From: Lama guanicoe
Lineage: Eukaryota
Assembly (NCBI GenBank): GCA_013239625.1
Contig: MU054323.1
Coordinates: 9,455,186-9,519,185, forward strand
Direction: 5' to 3'
DNA length: 64,000 nt
Positions 37,901 to 51,774 of this stretch are shown here, one piece after another. The notes under the pieces were generated by a model. It was not told where the DNA came from and did no database searches. It saw only the letters and a program-made list of their open reading frames with translations. The position numbers and the translations under genes are program-made. The stretch's first letter is position 1, and every line of letters begins with the position of its first letter.

Positions 37901-40900
37901 CCAGCATTTAAGAATTATATTTTTACCCAGGAGACCTTGGTTCATCCCTATGGGCTAGAACAAGGGGTAGAGTTAAGACGATTAAGCTGGCACCACCTTG
38001 TAGGACAGAGAGAAAAGCGATTCCTGGAGGCAGAGAAAGCTTACAGAATTACTTCAGGTGTGAATTGATTAGTGTTTGGAGCCGACCTGAATAAAATGGT
38101 TGCCGGGGGAGGCCTAATGTGGTCGTTCTTAGGTTTAACCAAAAGTATATTCAGCTGTGTAAAAGTGGGCCGATATTTTTAAAAATATACATTCCCGCTT
38201 CTGTTAATCCACGATGGAAGTAGATGTGCCCCCAGCCCCACCAGTCCCCCAGCCCCTGGTAGGACAGTGCCTTGTGGACCATCCTCTCCAGGATGTGATG
38301 TCAACAGCGAGCCTTTCCAGAGATGGAAACAGCAGGACAAAGAGTCAAAGGTGACTCAAAGGTTTTGTTTTTGGCGGAACGGGTGAGAGAGGAGCAAGCT
38401 TATGGCTCTGATTTCAGATGTGTGATTTAGTTCAAAATTGTCCCTTCCCCAGTCGATAGCAGAATATCCTAACGATGTTAGGGCCACTGGATTTGAAATC
38501 TGAAGACCTGAATTTAAGGTCCGGCTTTCACATAACTATAATTCTAAATAAGCTACTTTCTCTTCTTGAGTTTCCGCGCTCTTACCTGTAAATGAGATGT
38601 ATGCCATCTCCATCGAGAAGACTGCAGCTGAGACGATACATGTGACAACATACCTGAGCCAGAAGGCTTATGTTAAGACATTTGAAGACACTCACCAGGC
38701 CTCTGGAATTATCCAACTGAAGCAGAGATGAGCAGTCAGGGAAGGATAGGGAGATTTTTGAGGAAATTGAGAGATGGGACTTTCTGGGACTTTCTAAAGG
38801 AGGAAAGCTGAGGCCAAGGCTTCAGGATTAACCTCACCTGAGTTCTGTGAGGGGCTGTTAAACAGATGGAGAAGAGAAGACAGTAAACATTTTAAAAGGA
38901 AGGAAAGTACAGATCAACACGATGTTATGGAAACAGTAGTTGAAGAACAGAAGTGAGCCACAGTGTCAAATGCCATTAAAACTCCATAAATAAGACCATC
39001 AAGCATTTTCCCAAGCTAAAGGAAGAAAACCAGGAAATTGAAACATCAAAAATAAAAATTCTGAAAAGTCTGAACTCATTGTACCCAGGGGAATAACTCG
39101 TAAGGTCTGAAAGACAAACACATCCTGTCCTGCTCTCGGTCTGTCATGACTGTGCGAGTCAGTCTCAGACTTCTGTGCACTTTCCTGATTGATGGCCAGG
39201 AACATGCTTGCCTGTAGCCACCCCTGGCTAAGGTGGCAGATGAGCCAAAACGCCCCTGAGTAGAAACGCCTTCCAGAATGTCAGAAACAAGCAGTGAATC
39301 TAATTTGTAGCCCTTGTGGTAGAAAGAACATGGGCTGCAGGTCCGGATGGACCAGGCTACTGCTGGCCCATCTCTGCTTCATGGCTGCAAGTAAGTTCCT
39401 GGGTTGGCCATGGAGACAAGCTTCCTCTCTAGTAAAAAGGAGCAAGAGAGAACCATGCGGCAGGAAGCACCCAGCACATGGTAGATATTCAGTTAATGTG
39501 GATTTCCTTCTTCTTAGCATTAAAAAAAAAACTTATTTATTAGAATGGAACACAAAACAAGAACCCCCATGCCTAACTTTGCTGTAGTAAGAGATTTTTT
39601 CAGATTTGGGTTAAGGAAGAACACAAAGTCATTCTGTACAAGCAGCTATAGTAGCTGTGGTTCCCTTGCTCCTGCAGGGAGATGCACTGAGTCACAAGTG
39701 GCATCATACAGTGGGGCTCACGGGATAGGGGGTCAGGACCCTGGGGTTCTCTGTGCAGCTGCCCAAGCAGCTTCCACTCTACTGCAGGCCCTCAGTTACC
39801 AAATGGATAGATGATTTCCAAGGCTTCCTTCTGAACTGTGGTGTAACGAGTATGTCCACTTTGTGACAAGACATGAAGATTTTTAAGAAGTATCTCACCT
39901 GCCTGTTGCTCAGCTCTGCCCTGAAAGCACACATGTCCAAAACACAGACAAGAAGAAGGGAATAGACTGAAGAGGTGTCACAGAGTCCATGTGTTTCATT
40001 CACAGGGACCTCCAGGCCTGACTCTTACACCTGCTCATGAGCTCAGTGCGCTAGTTCCCAAGTCCCTAGCAGCTTAGCTGCTCAGAGAAGGTCTGTGGGA
40101 TGTAGGTGTAGCCTAACCTACGGCCTGAGCTGGGCGGCAGGGATGGAGTGAACCAAGAAACTACAGACAGCAGACACGAGACACTTAGTATAGGGCTGGC
40201 GTGCCTCATTTGGCCTGCTGTCATGACTATATGGCCCACTCTAAGAGTTAATATTCGTAATTTTAACTTTGAGTCATTTAAAGGGGGATATAGCAGAAGT
40301 AAATGTGAAGGCTACCTTAGAAGGATTTCAATCAAAAACAGTTAAAGGGGGAAAAAAAAGAGTTTGGAGCTTCCAAGAATAAATCTCAGTTATTAGGTAC
40401 AAATATGCTTCTCTTAGGGTAACAGTGGTCTAGGACCTTTGCTTAAAAATGACCTATTCCTTTAAATTTGGATGTACAAGTCAAGCAACTCATTTAAATC
40501 AAAGGCTTGCCTCAACAGGATCTCCTTGTGTTTATACAATGTATTCTCTTTCATTCAAGTTAGTTAGACAGGAGGATATGACAATTTAAAAACATCATTT
40601 AAGACAGCAACCATACTTTGATCCGAAGTGAAATTTCTATTTGGAATTGACATCAAGGAGGAATATGAATTAATGTCCGTTCTCCTACTGTAGCCCCCAC
40701 CTGTTCTCACAGAAGAAATAATGACCAAGGAGCTGGTCCCCAAAACAACTTAACAAAAACCTGGATAATTCTCAGACCAAATCGTAATCTTTAAATATAT
40801 GAAGACTGATTACATTTCTGGTCTTTTTTATCCAAGCGCAAAGGAAAGCTGTCTGACCAAGTTTTCATCAGGTTGCCTCTCTGTTCAGATGGTTTCTGGC

Positions 40901-41199
40901 CTCTGGTCAACTTTTGCTGCAAAACCCCATTTGACCTTACATTCTCCAGAGCTGTGATTTTTTTAATTTGAAGGAAGAAAATTACAGAATTAAAAGTGAA
41001 GAGTTCCTGAGGGCTCCTGAATTTTCCCCCAAATAAAAAGTTGGACAAAACTAAGTTAGAAGCTTAACTGAAGGAACATGCCTACCTTTAGTGTGTGGGT
41101 TGTATTTTCTTAGCTGGAGGTCGGGTTAGAAAATGAAATTATGTAGACTTAGGTTTGTTTGTTTGTTTCTTTGCTTCTAAGAGAAGAGTGAGTAATAGT

Positions 41200-41435
41200 A
41201 GCAATCCTTTATGGATGTCTGCTACATGTCAAGTATTCTCCATATATTCATTATGTCATGTATACTGCCCACCAGCCTTGTAAAGTAGATATTCCCATTT
41301 TAAAGATAAGAAAACCTAGACTTGGAGAGTTTAGTAAATGGCAAATGGCCTGAGGTCACCCCGGTCATAACTGGTAGAGTAGGAATCAAACCCAGATCTG
41401 TCAAATTCCAGAGATAATATTCTTTCCACTGTACC
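41200..41435 (-). mobile_element. MIR SINE
   Basis: cccattttaaagataagaaaac...ggcctgaggtcacc...ggaatcaaacccagatctgtc. Confidence 0.75.
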
Positions 41436-41977
41436 ATCCTGTTCCCATTCCTTTTAGGCACCAACCTTTATTTATTGAGCACTTTCTATGTACCAGATAC
41501 TGTACCACATGGTTTTTTTTGCAACCTGGAGGTTAAAGCCTTTCTAGTTTTATAGATGAGGAAACAAAGCCTAGAGGTGTGTTCATCCAACCAAAGTGAT
41601 ACAAGGCTAAGTGGAGCCCAGGTTGCCACCTCCAGAGCACGTGTGTTCTTCACATGACCACTGAGCCTCACCTAGATAAGCCCTTTTCTGTCCATCCCAC
41701 CAGACAGACCTGAACCTAAAGAAACCAGAGGACAGAGTGGCTTACCTTTGCACATTTCCATAACCACCTGATCTAGTGGGTCAGACATTTTCCTTTGATT
41801 TGGATATCTCAGCACAGTATAAATCTGGAGTGGAGAATCCTTGGAAAGTATAATACACAAATAAAAAATAAGTTCATGAAGGTTTCTGCATAGGGGAATG
41901 ACACTGTGACCAGAGCTTCTCACCTCATCTTAAGAGGAAGCACACAATCACCCTTTAGCGGCATGGTTCCTCCCAGT

Positions 41978-42101
41978 GGGGAGGGTATAGCTCAGCAGTA
42001 GAGCCCATGATTAGCATGCACAAGGTGCTGGGTTCAGTCCTCAGTACCTCCATTAAAATAAATAAACTTAATTACCTCCCCCCCATAACAAAAACAAACA
42101 A
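41978..42101 (+). mobile_element. Vic-1-type SINE
   Basis: ggggagggtatagctcagcagtagag...tagcatgcacaaggtgctgggttcagtcctcagtacctccattaaaataaataaacttaattacctccccccc. Confidence 0.9.
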
Positions 42102-43917
42102 GGACTGCCCCATATTTGACCTAATTCTGTCCCGGCCCTGTCCTATACCCAACCCCTGATCTCAGGCCTTACCCAACGGATTGTCTGCTGAGAAAGTTAA
42201 AGTTGTTTGAGAGAAAATGGAAGACTCCTGTAAACGGATGACAGCCCGTGATCAGGCTTTCCACTCAGATTCCACTCAGCCTCCGTTTGACCATAAGTGA
42301 TACACTAGTAAGTCTTCAGAGATGTTTTATGAAGAGGAATCAATCCCTAAGCTGGGAAGTGAATGACTGTGCTCCTCTAATAATAAATAATAACTTATTT
42401 TTGATTTGTGTGTTATACTTTCCAAAACATTCTCCATTCTGTGAGATTTATACCACGCTGGGGGTACTTCAATTAAGAAAAATGCCTGACTCACCAGAGC
42501 TGGGGGTAGGGATATCGCCCCTAGCAATATTGAAGGTGGCACTCTGCTCATGGAAGAAAATCCACATTCCTTGGCTTTGTGCTCACAGCTTTCCACAGTT
42601 GGGCATCTTTAATCCAGAGCCCCTTTGCACCAATCCTGTCAGCCTGGATTCCCTCCTCCCCAATCACTGGCATTCCCTTGCTTTTCTCTGCTCTGACTGC
42701 TCACTACTGTTCCCTCAGCCTGGAATTCCCACACCTTTCTCCCTCCCTTGCCTGTCACAGTCCTCCCACTGCAGTGGCCTGTCAGCATCCCAGTCATCTT
42801 TCAAGACCCTGCTTATCGAACAAGCCTACTTGAAGCCCTTAGATGGGTTGTCTTTCCACCCCAGGCCCCTCGGTGGTTCCTGCCTCTTTATCACCCTCTC
42901 CATCACCTCCCTTCCTGAGAACAGTGGTGGCGGAGTGCAGCTGGCACTGTCAGGGGAGGACCGAGTTTGCTCAGCTTGGCCTCCCTAGGGTTGCTCACAG
43001 TAGGTGCTATGGGAATGCTTGTCAACTTGGATTCTTGTTGCTGTTTTCTCTAGAATAAAGCTCATAACCAGATCCTTTCAAAAATTAAAATGAGAAAACT
43101 AGATTAGTTCCAGAATTTTTTTTTCCCCATAAAGCCACGTTAGTCCTCTTTCACTTTGGAGTTGTCACAATAGTTGCAAATTTGTGCCTGGCAGGATAGT
43201 CTCAATTTTTAAGACTGGAATTTAAACTGACCAGTGTCATTCCCCCTACTTTAATTATTTTAAGTTTGTCCTCTTTCTTCTAATCATCTACATTTGGTAT
43301 ATCATCCATGAATTTTTGAAATTAAAAGCTATGAGTCTTTAAAGATTTTGCCCAGCTTATAAGTACCAAGAATTTTACATCTGAATATATTTTTACTTAA
43401 GGATTATTTTTAATCAAATTCTTCCTTAATTTAGCCAGATTTCTGTTTTAATCCTCCCAGGCCAGGAGTTTATTTATTGTGACTACATTCTTTTAAAGAC
43501 AGAAGTTTAAACAGCATTAAATGCTATTTCTGGTGTTTTCTCTTGCTAAATTTTTTCTGTATCTCATAAAAATAAAAACACGTTTCCTTTTTTTATATGT
43601 CTAGTGTAGTCAACATTTCCTCATTTATATGATCCATGCCAGTCACTCACTAGATACATATCAACTGCCTAGTGTGTATCTAGCCCAGTATTCACATGTG
43701 GAGGATATAAAATCATGGCAAGAACACTTAATTGTTAGCGATGCAGCTGAGACTGGATTCTGGGGACATTGGAGGATGGAGAAATCACTGAGTGACAGGG
43801 CAGGCAAGAGAGGCTTCCTGGAAGCAAGTCTGGCTTGGACTGGGTCACAGAAACAAGAGTGGGTTGAAGGGACTGAACAAGAAGCCAGGCCTGAGGAGAT
43901 GTGGGGGTCCAAAAGGG

Positions 43918-44018
43918 AAGCATCCTCAGGGGACATAGAAACCAGGTGCACCGCAGGAAGCCGGAAAGCATCCCCAGGGGACACAGAAACCAGGCGCACC
44001 TCTGGAAGCCGGAAAGCA
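43918..44018. repeat. 48-bp tandem duplication (~2.1 copies)
   Basis: aagcatcctcaggggacatagaaaccaggtgcaccgcaggaagccgga followed by aagcatccccaggggacacagaaaccaggcgcacctctggaagccgga. Confidence 0.95.
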
Positions 44019-45679
44019 AGGAGCACAGAGTCACTCACCATCCGTCTCCAGGAATCGTGGGTCCTCAGTTCCAGCACAAGGCCTGCAACGTGCAGTGTGC
44101 TTATTCAGCGTGGTGACGGAGGAGGGATTTTTGTTATCACAAACAACGCTACAGCAAACCTCCCACCTGCCTTCTTATGCACGTGTGGCAGTGTTTTAGG
44201 AGTGGGAATGCTGAGTATGAAGTATTTACAGCTTCACCTTTATTGTGCAAGAGGTTCTAGAAATCTACATTTTCCTCATCAGTGATAAGAAACCCCAGGG
44301 TTCCACAGCCTTGACAACACTTGAGGATTGTTGGGTTTTAAAATGTTTGCCAGCCTAGTGGATGTGAAATGGAATCTCCTTGAGGTTTTAATTTGTGTTT
44401 CCCTCAAATGCCCCTTTTCTTTAGTTCCACAAGCATGTATTGTCTCTCCTGTGTTGTGCCATACACTGTGCTAAGTGCTTGGGGTACTAAAATAAGCAGC
44501 TCATGGCCCCTGCCCGTAGGGGCCCTCAGTCTTTGCCATGGTTCCTACCTAGGGAGACGTATGACCTAAGGTGCATTTTCAGAAACCAGAGGTCTGAGGG
44601 GAGGCCCAGGCGTCTGCCGTGTTGATTCCACGGTGATGCCCAATGCTCGCTTCCAGCTAAGAGTGTGTGAGATCATGGGAGGAGAAGCCTGGCTGGCTCA
44701 GTCGGGGTTTGTTTATGTGGGCAGGGCGAGAGACCCTGGCTCCTCCCTGGCCAGCTATGACGTCCCTTTCATCTGGAGATTCTTCTGAGAATTTTATGTG
44801 AATGGCTCATTGGGTGTTGGAATGATTCATTTGGATCTGTAAAGTACCTCAAAAGCAAATGCTAAACAAAATATATGAGCAGAGGCCAGATTTTCTATAA
44901 CTTCAACTCTGATACAGTTGTCAACCTGGAAGGAAGGAAGGAAACAACAAAAAAGGGAGGAGAAGGAGGAGGAGGAGACGGTCTCTGAACTCAAACTGTG
45001 CCTGAGGACAGCGACCCAGAGCTCACACGGCCTCACTTCACGTCGCGCAGCACCTGCTCCACACAGGTCCTCCTTGCAGGACCAGGTCCTGGTCAGGGAG
45101 GGACACACGCGGGATGAAGTAGACAGAAGCAGAGAGAAGAGGCAAGAAAGATGACATTGAAACAGTTGGCCTTGGTGAGAAGTGGCAAAGGAAAAGGAGC
45201 TGGCTAGGAAAAGGCAACAGAAAAAAGAGAGAAAGTTTGTGGTCAGGGGGCAAATTGCATGTCACACTCGTTAGCCCTGGGGACCTCAGGGTACCACACT
45301 AAAGGTCCATCAGCTCTTTACCAGAGGATGGCTTGGAGGATCTGGCTCATGGTAGGAGGCATTTGTAGAAGAGCCAGCTATGTCTCCTTAACACTTGAGA
45401 CCAGTGTGTATGATGATTTTTTCATGTGCTCTCTGTCATCAAGAAAGGCTAAATTATTTTCAGTATATTATATTTACTGAGTTGTGAAGGCATGTACAAA
45501 ATTTAGAAAAAAATCCATCAAAATAGTTAAAATTAAGCATTGTGAACATTTATGCTATAGTTAGAAATTTCACATATATCAAAGTGTATAAAGCCAGATT
45601 TTAAAAAAATAACAAACTAAGAAAAAGGGGAAGTTGAGTGAAGGAATGACTATTTATTTTGTACCTTGCTCTGTTTTTG

Positions 45680-45870
45680 TTCAGTCCTTTCAACCACACT
45701 ATGAAATAAGAATTATTATCCTCATTTTACAGATGAGAAAAATCAAGATTCAAAGAGATGAGGTATTTTGCCTGTGGTCTCACCACTAATAAATGGTGGG
45801 TCTAAGAATTGAACCCATTCTTATCTGACTCCAAAGGCTGTATGTGCCTTTTTTCCACTATACCGTGCTG
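45680..45870 (-). mobile_element. MIR SINE
   Basis: attattatcctcattttacagatgagaaaa...tttgcctgtggtctcac...tctgactccaaag. Confidence 0.85.
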
Positions 45871-48469
45871 TCACCTCCCATATTCAGATTTTTAGATTTA
45901 ACAACAAAGTTCAAGACACTTCAGGCTTTAGTTTGGTAATACTACTAAATCCCCAAAGGTAACCTGTTTACATGATCAAATCAAACAAGACAGTGGAAAT
46001 CTGAAACCTGCTTAACAAAATCTCATAAATGTTTAGTCTCCCCTGTCACTTAAAAATAAGGCAGTGATAGTAAAAGGAAACACTATCTAATTTTTAATAC
46101 CTTGAGTAGATATTCTTCTGAATGGGAAAACTTGACATTCATATTTCTCGTAGGCGAGTATTTTGGATGTGTGATATTTAACTTCCTAGTGGTTAGAATC
46201 TGTGTCTCAAAGGTTTAGTGTGTAGTTAGTAGGATTGGGGGTGGGCAGTAAATAAATGGCAACTTCCCTAATTAGTTGTGTGCCCCCTGTGGGGGCAGCC
46301 AGGGAAAGAGAAGTGTCCACACTTCTTGGGAAGAGTTGACCTCAGATGGAATCGTCGTCCAAAGGGGAGCTTCCAGCAAGTCAATATGGGGTTAAAACTA
46401 TCTCCTAATGAGGCTTCAAGGAACTGGAGGGGCCTGAGAGAAATGGAAATGGGAGCATAACCAGAACCACCACAAAGCGAGTCCACGAGCACCTTCCCTC
46501 CTGACCCAGAAACTCAAGAGTATAGAGTTTGGAAGGGTAGGAGCAATGAAATAATGGCTGACTTGTGAATAATGATGAAAATATTTGATGATGTGACTCC
46601 CAGGGAAGCAATTATGGTTAACCCCTCATTTGTTTGGCATTTTCAAGGATTGAACTGTCCCACATAACTGAATTTTCCAGACAACTAAAACTTTCCTATT
46701 TATGTGCCTTGAATGTTTTTAACCATGCTTGGTGGAAATAGTTCTCAAATAGATTATACAATCTATTCCCTTGAACAGAAGCTGTAAGAAACAATGTTTT
46801 CTTAGTTGCCTTTGACTCCAAGTCTGAGAAGACGTGATTAAAAGAAGTTTAAATAGTCAGGACTCATAACTGTCTCATGTAACATGACATCCAGATCTGG
46901 GCAGTAGCAGAGATGATGGATTTGACAGCGGAGTGATGTCAGGCTGACTTTCCCCACGTGGTCACAAGATGAGGGCACAGATTTGCCTTAAGATCTCATG
47001 TGATAAGATGTAGGCAGGAATGAAATGGGGGTCTTTAACCAGAGATGAAAATTTTTCTCAGAAGACCCCTCGCTGACTTCCTCTCAGGTTCCATGGGCAA
47101 GACTGAGTCATTCCTATGCCTGGGCTTTATGAAAGACTGAGGGAGTGAATACTCAGCACTTTTGGACTGTGGGGTGGGAGGAGGGTGCTGTCCATAGAAA
47201 AGAAGGCTGGAGAATGGCTGTTGGATAGGCAACCAAGAGTGTCAGCCCTGGTACCAAGAATGGGAGCGAACATCACTATGTATGGTAATCGCTTGAGGGA
47301 TGGTTGAGCGCTTTGTTCCTACACTGAATGGCCCAGACTGGGATGCTTTTTGATGAACTAAGTCTGCTTTTATTTACTATTCTCTCACCTTTCTTTGGGC
47401 CAGACTGCTGGTTATCACTACTTGTTGTTCATGTACCTTGTCCTAATCTTGCCATAATTAGATTTTTTTTCTGGAAAAAAAAACTCATTAGAACTGTGCC
47501 TGAAATGTACTGAGTATCTGACAGCTTTCCTATGGATCAGATGCATAGCACAGCATTTCCTTTGGCTGTTCAGTGTCATTTTTCCCATTGTTGAGATTTG
47601 GGGGAAGTGAGGAGTTTCTAGAGTCTTGTGAACTTAGATACAACTCTCATGAAGTCTTCCTATGGGGAAAGGATGAGCATTTAGGGACAGTGAAGCTTAT
47701 TTACTAGAGAAGGGAAAACCATCAGAACCTCAGCATGATTTAAAGAGAGAGGCAGCAAACTGATCAGTGCATTCAGCTCCCTCTCAAAGCTGTATGGCTG
47801 GTGGTTGCTTGAACAGCACCACCACCAGCTCTGGGACTGTGACCCGTGGAACCAGTCACCGCAGCGACCGTCCAGCATGAGACAAGCTGGTGCAGAACTT
47901 AATTATTCCTGCCTGCTGCCAGGGCGTCAGAGCCCTGTGAGGGACACCTGTGAAATGCCCAGGTTGAGCAGAATTAGAAGTGTTTGGGTGTGACTTGTTT
48001 CAACAAGTTCTTGAAGACAGTCATGCTTTGAAAATGGTTATTGAAATTATACCGAACAAGGGAGGACCATCCCTTCTGTGGGTAGAGAGCTGACCAAAAT
48101 TCAGTCTCTGTCTACAGGAGGAAGGAAATAGGAAGCAGTTGTCAAAATAGTACTGACAGTGAGTAACTGAGCCACATGGGATGTTTCTACTCTGAGAATC
48201 GAACCCGAGCTCATAGACAGGTTGGGTTCTAAGGAAGCAAATGTGAAAATGTTCAGATTTGATGTGGCTGAGACTCTGAGCCCAGACAGCTTAGAACCTT
48301 GGGAGTTCCCTAAAGCAGATTAGCTATTTGAAGCCCTGCAGTCATTATTTTGCTATGCATCAGAAAATCTTGAGCTGGCCTATAGGCAAAATGTAGTGAC
48401 AGAAACATTTGAGGATAAGGAAAACAGGTCTTGTTTATTTGTTTTTTTAAACACTCCTCTTTTAAAAAA

Positions 48470-48609
48470 ATTAATTGATTTATTAATTTTTTTTAATTTG
48501 GGGGGAGGTATTTAGGTTTTTATTATTTATCTTTAATGGAGGTACTGGGGATTAAACCCAGGACACTGTGCGTGCTAGGCACACTACCGCTGAGCTATAC
48601 CTTCCCCCC
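48470..48609 (-). mobile_element. Vic-1-type SINE (antisense)
   Basis: Reverse complement reads ggggaaggtatagctcagcggtag...gtcctgggtttaatccccagtacctccattaaag...aaacctaaatacctcccccc. Confidence 0.9.
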
Positions 48610-51340
48610 TTTTGTTTTTGTTTTTAATTCTGACTAATTTGTCCCATTCAAGTCATTCTTATAAGAAAAATGCAAAGTTATTTGTCATAAGTATTTTAGG
48701 CATTAACCCCTTCTTATGCTTAGAACACTTTGAAAGAAGGCAACCTTTTATTGACTGCTGACTGATCCAGACAGAGTACATCTTAGTTAAGCTGAGCGAG
48801 ATATTTATATTTTTCTAATTTTATTTTCTCACATGTGAATTCATACGTATTACCGGTTTTATCTCTGAATTGCTCTGACCATTCCTGCCCCCCTAATAAT
48901 CCAGCCACTGGGTTCAAATGTTAATATTGGCTTCAACTACACTTTTTAAGAAAACTCTCCATGGAGAAATAGTCATGTTATCAGTGCTTTTGAGGGGATC
49001 ATGGTACAGATCAACATACAGCTGGCTAGCAATTTTTTTTTTAAATCAGAACAACTCACTTGCCCAGGTAAATAAATTTACATTCACATTTTGAATTGTT
49101 TCTGGTCTTAATTGGGCATTTATAGAAGGTCAGAGTGAATGGTTCAGAGCTAGGTGGGAAAATCATTTTTCAGCATATCAGAATACTGGCAACTCATTTT
49201 CTACAACAAAAAAGGAGCCCCTCAAAAAAAATTTCGTCCCAAAGCCTCAAAAAGCTGATAGTTTGAGAATCATGAAGTTTGTGGTATTGTCTGTGTTACT
49301 TGAATACTGAATGGTGACTGTACTTACTTTAAATTTAGAAATTATTCCCACTGAATTTTATTATTTAAAATTATTGCTGTTTTGAGGGGAAGCTTGCATG
49401 TTAAATACTTTTCACCAGTGCTATTGCTATTTCTCTGGGGGTTAATCTGAATATCATTTTATATTTGGAAACTTGTATATAAAATAAACATAGTTGAAGT
49501 CAAATTAAAGTATATGTGAATAGGCATTTTTATAAAATTAATCAGAGGAAATAAAATGAATCAAAAGAGGGAAACAATTTCAGAAAACAATATTTGTTGA
49601 AAATGACTGAAGATGTTACAGATCAAGCTCTGTAAGATGAAGGGGTTTATAAGGGTTTTCTGAATCCATTTGAGTGAGTCTGTTTTTCAGGTTTTGTATT
49701 GTTCCTATATGTTACCAGATCTCTGCTTTGGCACAAATAGACATGTATTGAAACTGCATTGAGGCACTTGGAAAATGTGACTAAAAAGTGGACATTGAAA
49801 ATTTTGCCACTCTTCTTTGGTTATGCAGTGATTCATTTGTAGAAACCCCCTGTGGCACTGACTCAGAGTCAAATATACCCAGAGGTCTAAGAGGCCCTAC
49901 CAACTGGACATTTTTTTTTTAAGTTTGCTACAAACCTAACTTCCTTCAAGAAATCATTTTGGGTACTTAGAGGGCCCAGTCCAAGTCAAATGTCACCCTA
50001 AAATGACACAGTGATAGATATATAACTATCTAGTATGTATTTTAATTTCATATATTTGTCTCATGTAGCCAAAAAGATGAACCTTGTACATCCTTCACAG
50101 TAGAGACTTCAGCTGCCTAAATTGTCATTATGACATGGCGAGTGTGTTGTGAGCAGGTTATACCAGTATTCTCAAGAGTAGGAGGCAACGTGGCCCAGTT
50201 GAAGGAGCTTAGGATTTAGATCATGGGGCTAGAGTTGAGTCCTGCCTCTGCGTAGCTACGGCGTGAGCAAGTTAAGAAACCTCTTGGCATCTCAGGTTTG
50301 TTCATCTGTTAAATGCAGATGGTAAAAATAATGTCTGCTTCAAATAGTTATAAGCATCATATTGGATAAAGAATATAAAATTACTCTGTAAAGCTAGAAA
50401 AGTCTGTGCACATTTTTCTTGTTATTATTTTTTATAAATTAATATGCCTATCTCTTGTCCTAGAAGTGAGGAACAGTCACATATTATATACACATTATAT
50501 ACCTTGAGGAATGTGCTATTGAAATTGTGTTTTTAATGAGTTTGCCTTAACTAAAACAATTGATTTAAAGGATCCCCAAGTGAACAGATAAGGCACCTAA
50601 TACTTGTTAACAGGAAATATTAGAATCAGTCTAAACTGTAACAGTAGATACATGTAGTGCTCAGATTCGGCCCTGTTGAATTCCATGGAGGAGCTCCCGC
50701 TGATTTAAGAGATGTGTATGATAACACATAAGGAAAAATATAAAACTGCTGAGTATCAAAATTTACTGCTTGATTGGAAGTAAAGTGACAACTTTATTTT
50801 TTTCTGGTGGTCCAGTTACATATCCTATAAAGAAGGAAGATTATCACTTGCCCTCTTGAGCCCCTTTCCACATTCATTCTTTAAGGAGTCTGCATCCCAC
50901 ATCCTCCATCAATTTCTAGATGAGGAAGACACTGCCCAACCTTTGAGGAATTTATGATATAATAGAAACTTAAAACAGATATACAACTAACTGCCCCGTG
51001 GAATACTAGACAAGGTAAGTGTCATAGCAGGTCAGGTGGCCAGGGTGCCCAGCTTCTATAACCATTTCATAGCATTCCTTCAGCACCTATGTATCATGCC
51101 TAGTATTGGTTAAACTTTTATTTATGTGTGATCTGCCTCTCTACCTAGACTGTAAACTCCTTGAAAGCAGGGAAGGTACACTGTGTTTCTTGGTCCCACT
51201 CTCCATACTTTTCACCTAAGCCTCAACCAGGATTTGTGGTTCACATAGTGTCTTGTACCTAACATTAAAATTTAGCTTAAAAAGTGTATTAATGTACATT
51301 TAAACCCTAACCACCTTTTCCTTGTTTTCTGTCTTTGCAG

Positions 51341-51494
51341 TTGACCTGCCCCTGTTTTTTCCTCGAGACCAGCCGACTCTCACGTTCCAGTCCGTCTATC
51401 ACTTTACCAACAGTGGACAGCTTTATTCCCAGGCCCAGAAAAATTATCCATACAGCCCCAGATGGGATGGAAACGAAATGGCCAAGAGAGCAAA
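51341..51494 (+). CDS. BABAM2: BABAM2 penultimate coding exon, 154 nt (probably exon 11)
   Basis: Branch-point-like ccctaac at 51305-51311, polypyrimidine tract, ttgcag| acceptor and AAA|gtaagt donor. Translates as (I)[50 protein letters not shown](K), the BRE C-terminal UEV region, in frame with 4453-4535. Confidence 0.98.
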
Positions 51495-51552
51495 GTAAGT
51501 GAATCAATCGTTATTTCTTGCAAATGGGAAACATTTTTTAAAAACTCCAGTC

Positions 51553-51774
51553 CAGGGATTGGCAAGTTGCTGCCTGCAGGGTAAATCCTGCCCTCTGCCT
51601 GTTTCTGTAAATAAAGTTTTATTGAAACATAGCCATACCCATTTTTAAACTGATTTTCTACAGCTGCCTTCATGCAACAATGGCAGAGTGAGTAGTTCCA
51701 GCAGACCACATATGGTCTGCAAAGCCAAAAATATTTAGTTTTTGGCCCATACAGAAAAAATTAGCCAACCCCTT
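51553..51774. mobile_element. MER58A-like hAT-Charlie MITE
   Basis: cagggattggcaa...tgtaaataaagttttattgaaacatagcca...aaagccaaaaatattta...gccaacccct. Confidence 0.88.

Larger units (their letters stand above)
4536..51340 (+). other. BABAM2: ~46.8 kb GT-AG intron of BABAM2
   Basis: Lies between two consecutive in-frame exons (...FLVH|I|DLPLFF...) and has canonical GT and AG ends. Confidence 0.93.

Noticed and set aside
42248..42988. 246-aa ORF, the longest in the track
   Set aside because: Starts at GTG, has no recognisable homology, has Leu/Ser/Pro-rich low-information composition and partly overlaps repeat-like sequence; consistent with a chance intronic ORF.
43629..44285. 218-aa ORF with an internal repeat
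   Set aside because: The repeat is the 48-bp DNA duplication and the rest looks like L2/L1 debris; no protein family recognised.
46281..46297. Palindrome tgccccc-tgt-gggggca / CTCF-like site
   Set aside because: Short, has two mismatches to the CTCF core as I recall it, and cannot be supported without ChIP or conservation data.
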